DNA of 64,000 bases from Candidatus Latescibacterota bacterium (GTDB taxonomy: Bacteria > Latescibacterota > UBA2968). This document shows, piece by piece, positions 7,221 through 17,894 of the stretch; the stretch's first letter is position 1; each line of letters opens with the position of its first letter. Location of the stretch: NCBI GenBank assembly GCA_965207885.1, contig OZ242311.1, forward strand, positions 5,888,001 through 5,952,000. The letters run 5' to 3'. The notes beneath the pieces were generated by a model. That model ran no database searches and was not told where the DNA came from. It saw only the letters and a program-made list of their open reading frames with translations. The position numbers were made by a program, and so were the translations under genes.

Positions 7221-10193
7221 ATGCAAATTCTAATTCTATTCATAGCTTTTGTGAGCACAGCAGGTTTTGCGAGTGCCAGTGAATTAAAGAACTATTTGTT
7301 CGATATGGGTGCTGCAGATTCAAAGGTGGCATCGGGCTATATACGGGTGACGCCAGGTGATGTCTATACGGCTGAACGCGGGTATGGGTTTACCTCGCGG
7401 GTTTCCGGTGCGGTTGAAGCTGCCGAGGCATTTTCCTATTTTGGCGCGTTGTTGACGGATGGTGTTGGTGGGCGCTACGGGCGTCGGGACTATGCGCGAG
7501 AGGGGCTGGTGTTTCGGGTGGATGTGCCAGCGGGGTATTATATGGCTGAGATCGGTGTGCCCGATGGTCCAGATGCGCGGTCGCTACAGGTTTATGTGAA
7601 TGGCGTTTTTGCGGCGCGTACCAGGGATGACCCGATGCGTCAGAGGGGGTGGGATCAAACATCACCGGCACTGTTGCGTTTTCCGGTGTCTGTGTCGGGA
7701 GATTCTGTGCTGATTCGCATTGAGGGTGTGGGCAGTGGCAAGCTCTATGAGTCGCAGCGGGTGGGGTTGATGTCCGTGGCGTTGCGTCCCAGCTATCCCC
7801 ATTTGTTTCAACGGGTGAGTGGTCGTTTAGAGCCGGTTGATCCCGATGTTGTATTAGATCCCAATTTGCAACAGGGGCTTGCCTGGTATGATCGCGGAGA
7901 TTTTGAGGGTGCCGCATCGGATTTTCGGAAGGCAGACGTTGCACCGTCAGTGAAAGCCGAGCTTCTGTTGTGGACAGCAGGCCATGTGTCTTGTCCGAAT
8001 CACCGCGCTTTAATAGAGGAGGCTCTGGATTTATTAAAAAGAGATACTGCGGATGTTCGAAGTCAAAATCGCGTGCGGGATGTTCTTACTTATTTAGAGG
8101 GTCTTGATCGGGTTGAAGCGCGCAATTGGAGTTGGGCAAGGGAGAAGTTTGGGATGGGTCAGGGCGGTCGCTTATGGTATGCACAGGTGCATCTTCGCCT
8201 GGTTGCGAGCGATCCCGGAGAGCCACTTCGATTTCGCGCATTGTACGCTCTGGGCAAGGTGTATTTTGGCTATTTTATGGAGTTGCATGATGTGCGTTTT
8301 TTGGAAGCGTCGGATGAAATTTTTTTGGAGCTTCGAGAGGCATTTCTGGAAGATCGGATGATTCGCATGTATTTGGGTGAGCGTTTCGCTTATGACGATC
8401 CCAGATATACCGAAGGCGCAGAAGATGCGCCGGTCTGGGCGGCAAAACAGCGCGAAGCGCTCAAGCGGTTGCTCGATGTAATTCATTACTGGACGGATGA
8501 GCGGCAGGCTGAAAATGGCGAGATGGGTGGGCATTATGAAGATGATTGTGAGATGTTTCGGCATTGGCAGCCCGCCCTTTTTGCGGCAGATGATGCCCGC
8601 GCTATCAGCGCAATACGGCGTATGGCCGATGGTGTTTGGAATAGCGATTTGATTGCGGATGGGTACAGCAAGCGCGCGTATGATGTGGAGCATTCTTCAG
8701 AGTTGATTTCCGATACGCATCCGATTCTTCTGGCAGCGGAATACGGGAATCCAGAGTATGTGGAACGCGCGATGGCAACGGCGCGGGTGATGCGCGATGT
8801 GTGGGTGGGTAAGACCGAGCGGGGCAATTTGCATTTTAAGTCGATGCGTATTGGGGCGCACGAGGTGGATGAACGGGCGCCGTATAATGTGGATTTGCCG
8901 TATAATGCGCGGGCGGTGAAACCGATTCGATGGTTGGCCTGGTACAATCGACACCCAGAGGCTGTGCGTCTGATTTCGGAGTGGGGAAAAAGCTGGGTTG
9001 AGGCGATTGCTCGAGAGGCAGATGGAAAACCCGCAGGGGTGATTCCGGCGGCAATTACGTTTCCGGAGAATAAGCTGAGCGGTCCGGGAGATACGTGGTA
9101 TGATACGGGTATGGGATGGCTTTATTCTTTTCCGAGTGCTTCGGGGATGATTTACGATCATCTTTTGTCTGTTTGGTGGATTACGGGAGACGAGGCTTTT
9201 TTGCAATCGCACCGCGATGGGCTGGCGATTCTCGAAAATTTGGATGATCTGCCCGCAGATGCCGAGGTCGGCTCTCGCGCCTGGGCTTTGCGCCGGGTGC
9301 TGGATCCGGGACGCTTTTCGAGCTATCGATTGCTTACGGGTGATGCGCGATACGATGCCCTGTTTCGAGAGGGTGGGTCGAGTTATTTGCGATGGCGATT
9401 GACGGGTGATGTGTCGTATCTAATTTCGGGGTGTGAGCATAGTATTAATAGTATGCGGATTAACCGCCCGTTTCTGACTTCGGAAGTTTATTTCACGGAT
9501 CGCGTGTTTGTTCGAGGGGCTGAGCATTTGCTGGCGATGTACACAGGTGATGTGACCCGGGCAGGCGATTTTCCGAGTTTTGCCGTGACGTGGAAGAATA
9601 CGGGTGCTGATTTTGCCGCGCTGGTGACAGAGAGTAGCGATAGGGCGCTGCGTGTGTTGGTTTATAATTTTGAGGCTGAGGAGAAGATTGTGGGTATGCG
9701 TCTGTGGCGCTTGAAGGATGGGGTTTATTCGGTTGTCGGCAAAGGGATGGGTCAGGCAGATGTTTTTCGGCGGGATGGGGTGCGTGTTCGACGGGGAACA
9801 GAGGTTGAGGTTGATTTGCCCTCAAGGCAGTTGATGCGGATTTCAATTGATCTTACAGGTGAGGTTCAAGAGGTGGCTGAGTATTTGCCAGATGCGGGTA
9901 TTTCCGCGCGCGATGTGGTGGTGGATGGCGATCGTGTACGGGTGACGGTACACAATATTGGTACTGTGGATGTTGAAAATTTAACGGTTGCTCTGTACGA
10001 TGGTGAGACGGCTCTGGGGCGCAGGGTAATTCAGAATTTAGAAGTGCCTCTGGATTTGTTGCCGAGAACAAAGCAGGTCGCGTTTTCCATTGGTTCTGAT
10101 ATGCCGGATGTTGTTACCGTGGTTCTCGATCCCGAGGAGAAGTTGGAAGAGATTACGCGGGTGAATAATCGGGTGACTGTGGCTGTGAAATAG
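7221..10193 (+). CDS. Large secreted protein: N-terminal CBM-like beta-sandwich, central helical domain, C-terminal CARDB-like domain
   Basis: Signal peptide; YLFDMG...YTAERGYGF...FRVDVPAG; C-terminal VTVHNIG...VVLDPEEKLEEITRVNN. Confidence 0.7.
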   Translation: MQILILFIAFVSTAGFASASELKNYLFDMGAADSKVASGYIRVTPGDVYTAERGYGFTSRVSGAVEAAEAFSYFGALLTDGVGGRYGRRDYAREGLVFRVDVPAGYYMAEIGVPDGPDARSLQVYVNGVFAARTRDDPMRQRGWDQTSPALLRFPVSVSGDSVLIRIEGVGSGKLYESQRVGLMSVALRPSYPHLFQRVSGRLEPVDPDVVLDPNLQQGLAWYDRGDFEGAASDFRKADVAPSVKAELLLWTAGHVSCPNHRALIEEALDLLKRDTADVRSQNRVRDVLTYLEGLDRVEARNWSWAREKFGMGQGGRLWYAQVHLRLVASDPGEPLRFRALYALGKVYFGYFMELHDVRFLEASDEIFLELREAFLEDRMIRMYLGERFAYDDPRYTEGAEDAPVWAAKQREALKRLLDVIHYWTDERQAENGEMGGHYEDDCEMFRHWQPALFAADDARAISAIRRMADGVWNSDLIADGYSKRAYDVEHSSELISDTHPILLAAEYGNPEYVERAMATARVMRDVWVGKTERGNLHFKSMRIGAHEVDERAPYNVDLPYNARAVKPIRWLAWYNRHPEAVRLISEWGKSWVEAIAREADGKPAGVIPAAITFPENKLSGPGDTWYDTGMGWLYSFPSASGMIYDHLLSVWWITGDEAFLQSHRDGLAILENLDDLPADAEVGSRAWALRRVLDPGRFSSYRLLTGDARYDALFREGGSSYLRWRLTGDVSYLISGCEHSINSMRINRPFLTSEVYFTDRVFVRGAEHLLAMYTGDVTRAGDFPSFAVTWKNTGADFAALVTESSDRALRVLVYNFEAEEKIVGMRLWRLKDGVYSVVGKGMGQADVFRRDGVRVRRGTEVEVDLPSRQLMRISIDLTGEVQEVAEYLPDAGISARDVVVDGDRVRVTVHNIGTVDVENLTVALYDGETALGRRVIQNLEVPLDLLPRTKQVAFSIGSDMPDVVTVVLDPEEKLEEITRVNNRVTVAVK

Positions 10194-10201
10194 GTGGAGA
10201 A

Positions 10202-10915
10202 ATGATGTCTTTAAGCCAGTTTGAGTTTTTCGGTTTTGCTCACATCGCTGCGATGGGCGTGATTCTCGCTGTGCCGATTGTTTTGACGCTTGTTGTCAGG
10301 CGGCTGGATTCGGAGAGGACGACTCAGGCAATTTGCTACGCGTTTGCGGGGGTGATTGCGCTCAACGAGGTGCTGAACTGGAGCTATCGATTGGCGACGG
10401 TTGGAGTGCATGAGTTTGTGCGGGAGTATATGCCGTTGCATGTTTGTGGGATTGCTGTTTTTGCGGCTGTGATTACACTCGTTTTCCGGCGGCAGACGGC
10501 TTACGAGATCGTTTATTTCTGGGGGCTTGTCGGCGCGACGAATGCGGTTGTGACGCCTCAGCTTGAGTTCGGCTATCCGCAGTATCGCTTTTTTCAATAT
10601 TTTATCGCGCATGGCGGTATTGTGGCTGCTGCGCTGTTCGCCACATGGGGCCTGGGTATGCGGCCGACAGCGAGATCGGTGTTGCGCGTTTTTGTTTTGC
10701 TGAATGTTCTGGCGATTGTTTTGATTGGGGTCAATCTGATGCTGGGGAGCAATTATATGTTTCTTTGCCAACCGCCTGATACAAAATCGCCTTTTTTCTT
10801 TTTGCCGTGGCCGTGGTATCTCTTATTCCTCGATGGGGTGGCATTGGTGTTATTTTATGTGCTTTTTATTCCGTTCGCGAAGAGAAAGTTATACGCTTCA
10901 AATTCGTTGAGATGA
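10202..10915 (+). CDS. YwaF/TIGR02206-family integral membrane protein
   Basis: PLHVC, YFIAHG, NYMFL and PWPWY motifs. Confidence 0.85.
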   Translation: MMSLSQFEFFGFAHIAAMGVILAVPIVLTLVVRRLDSERTTQAICYAFAGVIALNEVLNWSYRLATVGVHEFVREYMPLHVCGIAVFAAVITLVFRRQTAYEIVYFWGLVGATNAVVTPQLEFGYPQYRFFQYFIAHGGIVAAALFATWGLGMRPTARSVLRVFVLLNVLAIVLIGVNLMLGSNYMFLCQPPDTKSPFFFLPWPWYLLFLDGVALVLFYVLFIPFAKRKLYASNSLR

Positions 10916-13900
10916 TAGATCAATACGCAAAATGCCTGATTCTCTTGATACTTGTGGGCGCGAGTGCGTGTTTTGCGGCGACGCCTTTTACGCCTCGTCA
11001 CCCAGATCCCGTGCATGAGTCCTGGCGCTGGCGATTTTTTCCAGAGTTGAAGGGGCAGGGGGCGTCGTGTTTGGTGGAGGATGGGGATGGTAATTTTTTA
11101 TTTGGAACGGATGATGGTATTTATCGCTATGACGGGATGAACTGGCGCGTTTTTCCGTTTGATGAGGGGATGGTGGGGGCGCAGATCAATGCGCTTTACG
11201 TCGCTCGGGACGGAGGTGTTTATGTGGGGTCTGATCGGGGTGTTAGTCGTTTCGAGAATGGGACATGGGAACAGGTATTTCCATTACAAGGAGATAAATG
11301 GAATACCTATGATTTGATGGAGGCACAGGATGGGAGCCTGTGGGCGGGTACGGAGTGGGGTGCGCTCAGGTTGACGCCTGAGGGAGCAAGGCTTTTTGTA
11401 GCTGCGGAGGATACAACGGGTATTCGGGAGATGGTATCCGATGCCGTGACTTTTGTTGTGGTTCCTTTGGACAATCGGAGGTTGATGGTTTATGACGTGT
11501 GTGAAGGGTCCGACGGAGCGATCTGGTTTGGGACTTACGACGGCGATTTGATTCGTTTTGATTTTGCATCGGGCTATCGGCGTTTCAGTGGGGAAGATGG
11601 GATCGATCAGGGTACGTATCCGAGGATCTGTGTGACAGAGGATGGCGTTGTTTGGGTCGTGTATGGCGATAATAGCAAGCGCGTCAACCGGTTTGATGGC
11701 GAGAAGTGGGAGGCTCTCGAAGTTGGTGATCTGGGTCGCGATCACTATTATACGTCTATTCTGGAGAGTGGGGATGGGACGCTCTGGATTGGCGGTAGCC
11801 GTTTAATTACCCATAGGGATAGTGTGTGGCGTGTCTATGATTCGAGCGTGTCTTTACACCGTATGGAACTCCACGAAGCCACGGACGGCGCGCTCTGGAT
11901 TGTGGGAAGGGGAGAGGAAGCTGTGCGTCTGGATTTGAGTGAGAACCAGACGCAGACTTATGAGGGTCTCATTTTTCAGTGTGATACGCCCGATGGAGCA
12001 CAGTGGTTTATCTCGCAGGATAACGGCGTTGTGCGTTACGATGGGCAGGGATGGACGCGGTTTGGGGTGGAAGATGGTTTGATGGATACGCCGAGTAAGC
12101 TTATCGCGACGCGAGATGGCGCGCTTTGGGCTGCGGGTAGTCACGAACATGTCGCAGCTACAGCGCGGTTGGATGGCTCTGTATGGGTTCTTAAACGCCA
12201 TCCCCAGCTTTCCTGGAGTGTTGATCCGCGTTCGGTTTACGAAGCGTTTGATGGCTCTTTGTGGTTTGCCGCGGCTGAGGATTGGTGGTTATATGACTTT
12301 CTCGGTGGGGTCGCGGTTTTCGATGGGACGAGTTGGATACATCACACCGCTCCGGGTATGACGCATTATGTTTATGGGATCGGGCAGAGTTCTGATGGGG
12401 TTTTGTGGTTTGGCGGGAGGTTGTTTGGCTTTGATGGGGTGCGAAGCGTGCCGTTCACGGGTCCAGGGGTGTTGGTTGAAGATTTTATTGATGCTGTCTA
12501 TACCACGCTACAGGGCGACCTGTGGTTGGGGTCCCGAACTTATGGGGTGTTTCGGTATGACGGGACGGAGTGGCTGCGGTTCGATTACGGAGACGGGCTG
12601 GCGGACAATAGAGTGCGAAGCATTTTTCAGGATCGGGACGGTGCGATCTGGGTGGGGACAGCAGAGGGGGTCAGCCGCTTTGATGGGCGCACATGGTTAA
12701 CACAGGCTTTACCTCCTGATTTTCCGCGCACAGAGTTTTATGATCCGGTTCTCCAGTCTCGAGACGGGACACTCTGGCTCAATTCTGTATCTGATTTAGA
12801 TGCCTGGTACAGACGGTCGGAATCTCGGGGTATAGCAGCACCCTGTACTCTGCGTACTATCCGATATGTGCCAGAGACCGATCCACCTGAGACCCTGATG
12901 TCCCTTTCTCCGGATGAAGTGTCTGAGGATGGAGAGATAACTTTTGCGTGGACAGGGACAGATCTCTGGCGAAGCACATTGCGCGAAGATTTGCAATTCG
13001 CCTATCGTTTGGATGGCGGGGAGTGGTCGCCATACAGCGGGCATTCGGTCCGTTCTTTTGAGAATCTGGATGTGGGGGCGCATACGTTGGAGGTTAAAGC
13101 ACGCGATCTGGCGTTTAATGAAGATCCCGTGCCGTCGCTGGTGCAATTCAATGTTGTTCCGCTGGTGTGGCGCCGTCCGTGGTTTATTGGGTTGATTGCG
13201 GGGTTTGTGATTCTCACGGGGTATCTGATCTCGCGGATTATTGTCAGGGATCGGAGGCTGCGGCAAGCAAATGAAGATCTTGCATCTGCTAACGAGACGC
13301 AGCTTTTGCAGTCCGCGCGTCTGGTGTCGCTGGGGCAAATGGTTGCGGGTGTGGCACACGAGCTCAACCAGCCGCTGACGGTTGTCGAGACGACTGCTGG
13401 GGATATTTCCCTGCGGCTGATGGAGGGGATACCGCTTGAGACGGATGAATTGCGGGAGATGATGGCGGATGTTCGGGGTGTGGTCAACAGGATGGCGGGT
13501 ACTGTCGATCATTTGCGCGTGTTTTCGCGCGATGCGTCCGAGGAGCCGCGCCAGGCGATGGATGTGAATACGGTGATTGCGAGTAGTCTGAAGTTGATGG
13601 GGTCACAGCTCGAGAATCGCGGGATTGATCTCGTACAGGATCTATCCGACGCGCTCCCAGAGGTTTGGGGACATCCGCATCCGCTCGAGCAGGTGGTTCT
13701 CAATTTGCTGTCCAATGCCCGGGATGCAGTGGATGAGCGGGCGGAGATGGAGGGGATGGGTTATGATAAGTGGATCTGGATCCGGGCGCGGGCTGAGGAC
13801 GATGCGGTCGTTATCGAGGTGGAGGATAATGGAGTTGGGATGGATGAGGCGACCCGGCAACGTCTTTTTGAGCCTTTTTTTACGACGAAGGATGCTGACC

Positions 13901-14028
13901 GGGGCACGGGTTTGGGTTTGTCGATTATTTATGCTATTGTTCGCAAGCACAATGGGGAGATTACTGTGGAGAGCGAGCAGGGCGTGGGGACGACGTTTAA
14001 GGTGATGTTGCCGGTGGAGGAGTGGTAG
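10912..14028 (+). CDS. Sensor histidine kinase with periplasmic beta-propeller repeats and Y_Y_Y domain (NtrB-like kinase core)
   Basis: Repeated DG.LW.GT blades; FAYRLDGGEWS; TM helix; AHELNQP H-box; NLLSNARDA, DNGVG, FEPFFTTK and GTGLGL boxes. Confidence 0.92.
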   Translation: MIDQYAKCLILLILVGASACFAATPFTPRHPDPVHESWRWRFFPELKGQGASCLVEDGDGNFLFGTDDGIYRYDGMNWRVFPFDEGMVGAQINALYVARDGGVYVGSDRGVSRFENGTWEQVFPLQGDKWNTYDLMEAQDGSLWAGTEWGALRLTPEGARLFVAAEDTTGIREMVSDAVTFVVVPLDNRRLMVYDVCEGSDGAIWFGTYDGDLIRFDFASGYRRFSGEDGIDQGTYPRICVTEDGVVWVVYGDNSKRVNRFDGEKWEALEVGDLGRDHYYTSILESGDGTLWIGGSRLITHRDSVWRVYDSSVSLHRMELHEATDGALWIVGRGEEAVRLDLSENQTQTYEGLIFQCDTPDGAQWFISQDNGVVRYDGQGWTRFGVEDGLMDTPSKLIATRDGALWAAGSHEHVAATARLDGSVWVLKRHPQLSWSVDPRSVYEAFDGSLWFAAAEDWWLYDFLGGVAVFDGTSWIHHTAPGMTHYVYGIGQSSDGVLWFGGRLFGFDGVRSVPFTGPGVLVEDFIDAVYTTLQGDLWLGSRTYGVFRYDGTEWLRFDYGDGLADNRVRSIFQDRDGAIWVGTAEGVSRFDGRTWLTQALPPDFPRTEFYDPVLQSRDGTLWLNSVSDLDAWYRRSESRGIAAPCTLRTIRYVPETDPPETLMSLSPDEVSEDGEITFAWTGTDLWRSTLREDLQFAYRLDGGEWSPYSGHSVRSFENLDVGAHTLEVKARDLAFNEDPVPSLVQFNVVPLVWRRPWFIGLIAGFVILTGYLISRIIVRDRRLRQANEDLASANETQLLQSARLVSLGQMVAGVAHELNQPLTVVETTAGDISLRLMEGIPLETDELREMMADVRGVVNRMAGTVDHLRVFSRDASEEPRQAMDVNTVIASSLKLMGSQLENRGIDLVQDLSDALPEVWGHPHPLEQVVLNLLSNARDAVDERAEMEGMGYDKWIWIRARAEDDAVVIEVEDNGVGMDEATRQRLFEPFFTTKDADRGTGLGLSIIYAIVRKHNGEITVESEQGVGTTFKVMLPVEEW

Positions 14029-15544
14029 GGGTTTCTATATAGGATGCATACGCCGATCGCACGATTTCTTCGGACGGTTTGTCGCGAATAGAATACGTGC
14101 GGCGACGTGCCCAGTATCTCGCCCACCGTTCGTCGCTGGCTATCCAATTATCCCAATAGAAGACACCATTTACTATCCCAGGGTACTGAGTCAGGGTGTT
14201 GATTAATGCCTTGTAGATGTTGGCCTGAGTTTCTCGCCCGTCATCCAGTCCATTGCGGTTCGAGTCGGTAAATACGAATCGTCGGTTTTGCGCTGATGTA
14301 TCACCTGGTCGTTCGGATGTTTCAATCACGTCCATAGCACCGTATTCGGTAAATACAATTGGTCGGTCGGGATTTGTGTTTGCAAGCGGAATAAGCTGGT
14401 TTTGGAATATCTGCCTGTAACGCGTCTGGAAACTTTCGACGCTCAGTACGGTTGACGGACGGGAGTCCGTCAGTGGAAACCACGCACTGATGCCAATGAT
14501 GTCGAGGTCCAGATCTGCCCATAGATGACCTGCGCCCGATCCCGATCCGTAAAAGTGGGATGCTGTGAGTACGTCGTAGTGCATGTCATAGGTTAGCAGG
14601 CCGCTGTACACGGCACGCACACTTTGTACCATTGATCTGAGTTCTCGACCAAAATCATTTGTCATATAACTTCCTGAACGCGTGCGAAAGAGCCGGTCGG
14701 TTTCCGTGCCCAACGAGTATAAGCGCACGCCCTCGTCCTCTGCTATTCTGGCGAAGTGTACCGCCTGTTGCGTGTAGGTTGCCCAGAATTCGGCGACAAA
14801 ACGCCGATGATGTGGATGATCTGGACGCCAGGGCCAGTATTGGGGCAATATCAACCCATAGATATTCGGATTATCAGGCGGAACGCCGCCAGGTGCCGAG
14901 TCTCCGAGTTGCCACCTGCGTACCGGGTGTGCGGCGGTTTCAGCCTCATAGGCTTCGAATGCCAGGGTCAGATAGACGTCAATCCCGTGATTTCTGAATT
15001 CTCGGATCAATTGTCTGAGTGCTTCATCTGAAAAAGTGGGAATATCGACATTTGATGAGTACACGCGCTCGACCGTGCTGTCCATGCTGTCGTCGTAATG
15101 CAGCGCGACGGATAGGCCGATCCAGTTTACATGCAGGCTCTTTAGCCATTGGATATAGTCCATAGGTATGAGCGTTCCGATCCTTCCAGCGGCTTCCCAT
15201 TGATCTACGACATAGCCAGTATCTCCCCAATTACCCGCAGCATGAATGGCGCGTAGTGGAAAATTTATTTTCGTGTCTATCGCCTGGGGCACTGTTTTGC
15301 CAAAGTCGCTGGCAAAGATCAGAAAGTCTGAAAATGCAATCGCGCCATCGCCATTCAGGTCGAATCGGTCTTCATATTTCTCATCACCACGACTCGTCCC
15401 GAAGTGTTCGACAAATAGCAAAAAGTCTGGAAGATCCACGACGCCGTTTTCGTCAAAGTCGGGGAGAGGGCTGGATTGTGATGCATGCGCGAGAGATAGA
15501 CTGATCCATAGACAGACCACAAGCGGGATACACAAACGCTTCAT
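13997..15544 (-). CDS. Secreted protein: EF-hand/dockerin-like module plus GH113-like TIM-barrel glycoside hydrolase
   Basis: DFDENGVVDLPDF and DLNGDGAIAFSDF; LGTE and FTEYG catalytic Glu motifs; LDIIGISAWFPL. Confidence 0.7.
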   Translation of the reverse strand: MKRLCIPLVVCLWISLSLAHASQSSPLPDFDENGVVDLPDFLLFVEHFGTSRGDEKYEDRFDLNGDGAIAFSDFLIFASDFGKTVPQAIDTKINFPLRAIHAAGNWGDTGYVVDQWEAAGRIGTLIPMDYIQWLKSLHVNWIGLSVALHYDDSMDSTVERVYSSNVDIPTFSDEALRQLIREFRNHGIDVYLTLAFEAYEAETAAHPVRRWQLGDSAPGGVPPDNPNIYGLILPQYWPWRPDHPHHRRFVAEFWATYTQQAVHFARIAEDEGVRLYSLGTETDRLFRTRSGSYMTNDFGRELRSMVQSVRAVYSGLLTYDMHYDVLTASHFYGSGSGAGHLWADLDLDIIGISAWFPLTDSRPSTVLSVESFQTRYRQIFQNQLIPLANTNPDRPIVFTEYGAMDVIETSERPGDTSAQNRRFVFTDSNRNGLDDGRETQANIYKALINTLTQYPGIVNGVFYWDNWIASDERWARYWARRRTYSIRDKPSEEIVRSAYASYIETPTTPPPATSP

Positions 15545-15641
15545 GCTGCACCTTTCTGTGCGTTGTTGAAAAGAACACGCGCCCAAAATATATTTTCAAG
15601 GGCGATAGGGAAAGCGTGTTCCATTGAAGCCCTGATAACAA

Positions 15642-15690
15642 AAGCCCAACGGTCTATAGGAGGCCGTTGGGCTTTTGTTTGGTTTTCTAT
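15642..15690. repeat. 49-bp direct repeat copy 1 (hairpin, terminator-like)
   Basis: AAGCCCAACGGTCTATAGGAGGCCGTTGGGCTTTTGTTTGGTTTTCTAT; 48/49 identical to 20661-20709. Confidence 0.9.
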
Positions 15691-15720
15691 TTTGTTTGGC
15701 GAGAATGCGATACAAGTCCT

Positions 15721-16011
15721 TCAAAACGGGTCAAGTTCAAGTTTTGGAATCTTTTTTGGCAGTCGGGTCTTAGCCAGATCGTAATTGCGTTGAAGATTCA
15801 TCCATAACTCAGGTGTTGTCCCCAGTGCTTGAGAAAATAACCAGGCTGTCTCAGGCGTTACCCCCCGCTTGCCACGGATGATCTCATTAACTCTTTGAAG
15901 TGGCACTTCAATGTGTTTGGCAAACGCTACCTGAGTTATTCCCAAGGGCTTCAGAAACTCTTCCAAAAGGATTTCACCTGGATGCGTCGGAATACGATTT
16001 TCGGGCAGCAT
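15721..16011 (-). CDS. higA: HigA-family antitoxin
   Basis: PTHPGEILLEEFL, RVNEIIRGKRGVTPETA, WMNLQ. Confidence 0.92.
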   Translation of the reverse strand: MLPENRIPTHPGEILLEEFLKPLGITQVAFAKHIEVPLQRVNEIIRGKRGVTPETAWLFSQALGTTPELWMNLQRNYDLAKTRLPKKIPKLELDPF

Positions 16012-16028
16012 GATTGTCTCCAAATGGT

Positions 16029-16319
16029 CTAATGATAGTCCGTCAGCGATACCTGATGTGCAGAATTTTCGGACCATCGAAAAATGATCCGCCATTGCTC
16101 GTTGACACGGATGCTGTAAAATCCCTGAAGATTGCCTTTCAGGGCTTCCAGGCGATTGCCCGGAGGTGTCCGAAAGTCTTGCAGGCGATGTGCAGTCTCA
16201 ATGACATCCAATTTTCTTAAAGCGGCACGTATAATATCTGGCGGAAAGCTGCGGGCGCGTCGCGTTTGTCTGTTGTGAAATAAATCTTCTGTTGCAGGAT
16301 CTCCAAATGACTCAATCAT
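16029..16319 (-). CDS. higB: HigB-family (RelE fold) toxin
   Basis: PPGNRLEALKG, YSIRVNEQWRIIFRW, terminal DYH; lies upstream of higA. Confidence 0.92.
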   Translation of the reverse strand: MIESFGDPATEDLFHNRQTRRARSFPPDIIRAALRKLDVIETAHRLQDFRTPPGNRLEALKGNLQGFYSIRVNEQWRIIFRWSENSAHQVSLTDYH

Positions 16320-16561
16320 GAAGTGTTCTTTTTTGAATTTTATCGATTTCACGGTAATCGTGTAAAATATAGTCAATCCTAACTCTATTATCAATAAAAA
16401 TTTATAGGCATCTGGTAATTTGAGAGTCGATATTTTAAGTGAGAGGTAAGGTCTGAAAGGCGTGATCAGTGAGAGAATTTTTGATCTTTTTTTGATTTAT
16501 TACCTTATTTGTAAATTTCATATCTCAATTATATATAATAATTTACGTCGATTTTTTATTT

Positions 16562-16638
16562 TTCGACAAATTTGTTGACAACAGTTTTGTTGTCTATTAT
16601 ATTTATACGACAAATTTGTTGACAACAATTCTGTCGAA
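16562..16638 (+). promoter_or_regulatory. Sigma-70 promoter (TTGACA-17-TATATT, 16575-16603) overlapped by four 18-bp imperfect palindromic boxes
   Basis: CGACAAATTTGTTGACAACA repeated exactly at 16564 and 16608; GACAACA-GTTT-TGTTGTC perfect inverted repeat. Confidence 0.7.
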
Positions 16639-16661
16639 TCTCAAAAAGGAAAAAAGAAGCC

Positions 16662-17894
16662 ATGAAATCATCAATTGGTCCTTGGGTAAGCAGAGACAAC
16701 TTTTTCGCTCGCGAACGCGATTTGCAGATATTGAAGACGCGGGTCCGTGACGGCAACCACGTATTGTTGACCGGACAGCGGCGTATGGGAAAGACCAGTA
16801 TTGCCCGGGAACTCGGGCGATGGCTTGAAGCTGAGGGTTGGGTCTTTCTCTTCGCTGATGTCGAGGGAGCGACCTGTGCAGAGGACGTAATCGCAGACAT
16901 CGCACAGGCGACCCACTCGGTTCGCCCGATCATGTCGCGTATTGGTACCACGATGAAACGCTTGGTCGGCCGTGTCGAGGAGATCAGCGCACACGACTTT
17001 CGCGTGAAATTCCGGGATGGGCTGAATGCCGGGAACTGGCGGCGCCACGGGGAAGAGTTGCTTCGTCATTGTGCCGCGCATGAACAGCCGGTTCTTCTCG
17101 TCATTGACGAATTGCCGATATACCTCAAGCGTGTACTTCCCAGAAAAGATGGCGTCCAACAGGTCGATGAGTTCCTGAGTTGGCTGCGCGGCGTGCTTCA
17201 AGGCATCGGATATGGCTCCCTTGTCCTAATCGTATCTGGCAGCATTGGGCTTACACCTATCGTAAACCGGCTCGGCATACCTGATCGCATTAATCATCTC
17301 TATCCTTTTCGCCTGGGACCTTGGGACCGCGATACCAGTGTTGCGTGTTTTCAACGTCTCGCGGAGAGTTACAAATTACAAGTTGAGGATGGGGTGGCAA
17401 ACGCGGTATATGACGCGCTCGGTGTTGGCATACCTTACCATGTGCAGTCCTTTTTTGCTCGTTTGCGGGACCATGCCACTAAGCTAGAGCGAGGGGTGAA
17501 GTTGGAAGATGTCCAGAAGGTCCGCAAGGAGCTTCTCGGTCCTTCCGGGCAGAACGACCTTGCACACTACAAGACGCGCCTCAACGAGGCATTGGAAGAT
17601 GAGAACCATACCATCGCCATGGAGATTCTCGCCGAGGCTGCCACCCAGGAGGTGTTCACGCCAGGAGCGCGGCGTTGCCTCGAAGGACTGTACGCAGGGG
17701 AGGGTAACGATGCCCGGAGGCGCATCGAGGATACACTGGAAATTTTGATGCACGACGGCTATCTCGAAGCCTGCGATGATGGCCATCGCTTCTCGTCGCA
17801 CCTGCTAAAGGACTGGTGGTCGTGGAAACACGCCTACCACATCCCCCTCGAAAACCGACGCTCTGACGACAAATCACTGGGAGACGCGCAATGA
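16662..17894 (+). CDS. P-loop ATPase (archaeal/STAND-like) with C-terminal winged helix
   Basis: FFARERD; Walker A GQRRMGKT; Walker B LLVIDE; VSGS sensor; overlaps the next gene (ATGA). Confidence 0.85.
   Translation: MKSSIGPWVSRDNFFARERDLQILKTRVRDGNHVLLTGQRRMGKTSIARELGRWLEAEGWVFLFADVEGATCAEDVIADIAQATHSVRPIMSRIGTTMKRLVGRVEEISAHDFRVKFRDGLNAGNWRRHGEELLRHCAAHEQPVLLVIDELPIYLKRVLPRKDGVQQVDEFLSWLRGVLQGIGYGSLVLIVSGSIGLTPIVNRLGIPDRINHLYPFRLGPWDRDTSVACFQRLAESYKLQVEDGVANAVYDALGVGIPYHVQSFFARLRDHATKLERGVKLEDVQKVRKELLGPSGQNDLAHYKTRLNEALEDENHTIAMEILAEAATQEVFTPGARRCLEGLYAGEGNDARRRIEDTLEILMHDGYLEACDDGHRFSSHLLKDWWSWKHAYHIPLENRRSDDKSLGDAQ

Noticed and set aside
15644-15672. The hairpin has GCCCAAC...GTTGGGC ends matching the integron attC R-box consensus (also at 20663-20691)
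   Set aside because: Only 29 bp with no L boxes and no integrase in the window; flanking A/T runs fit a terminator better.
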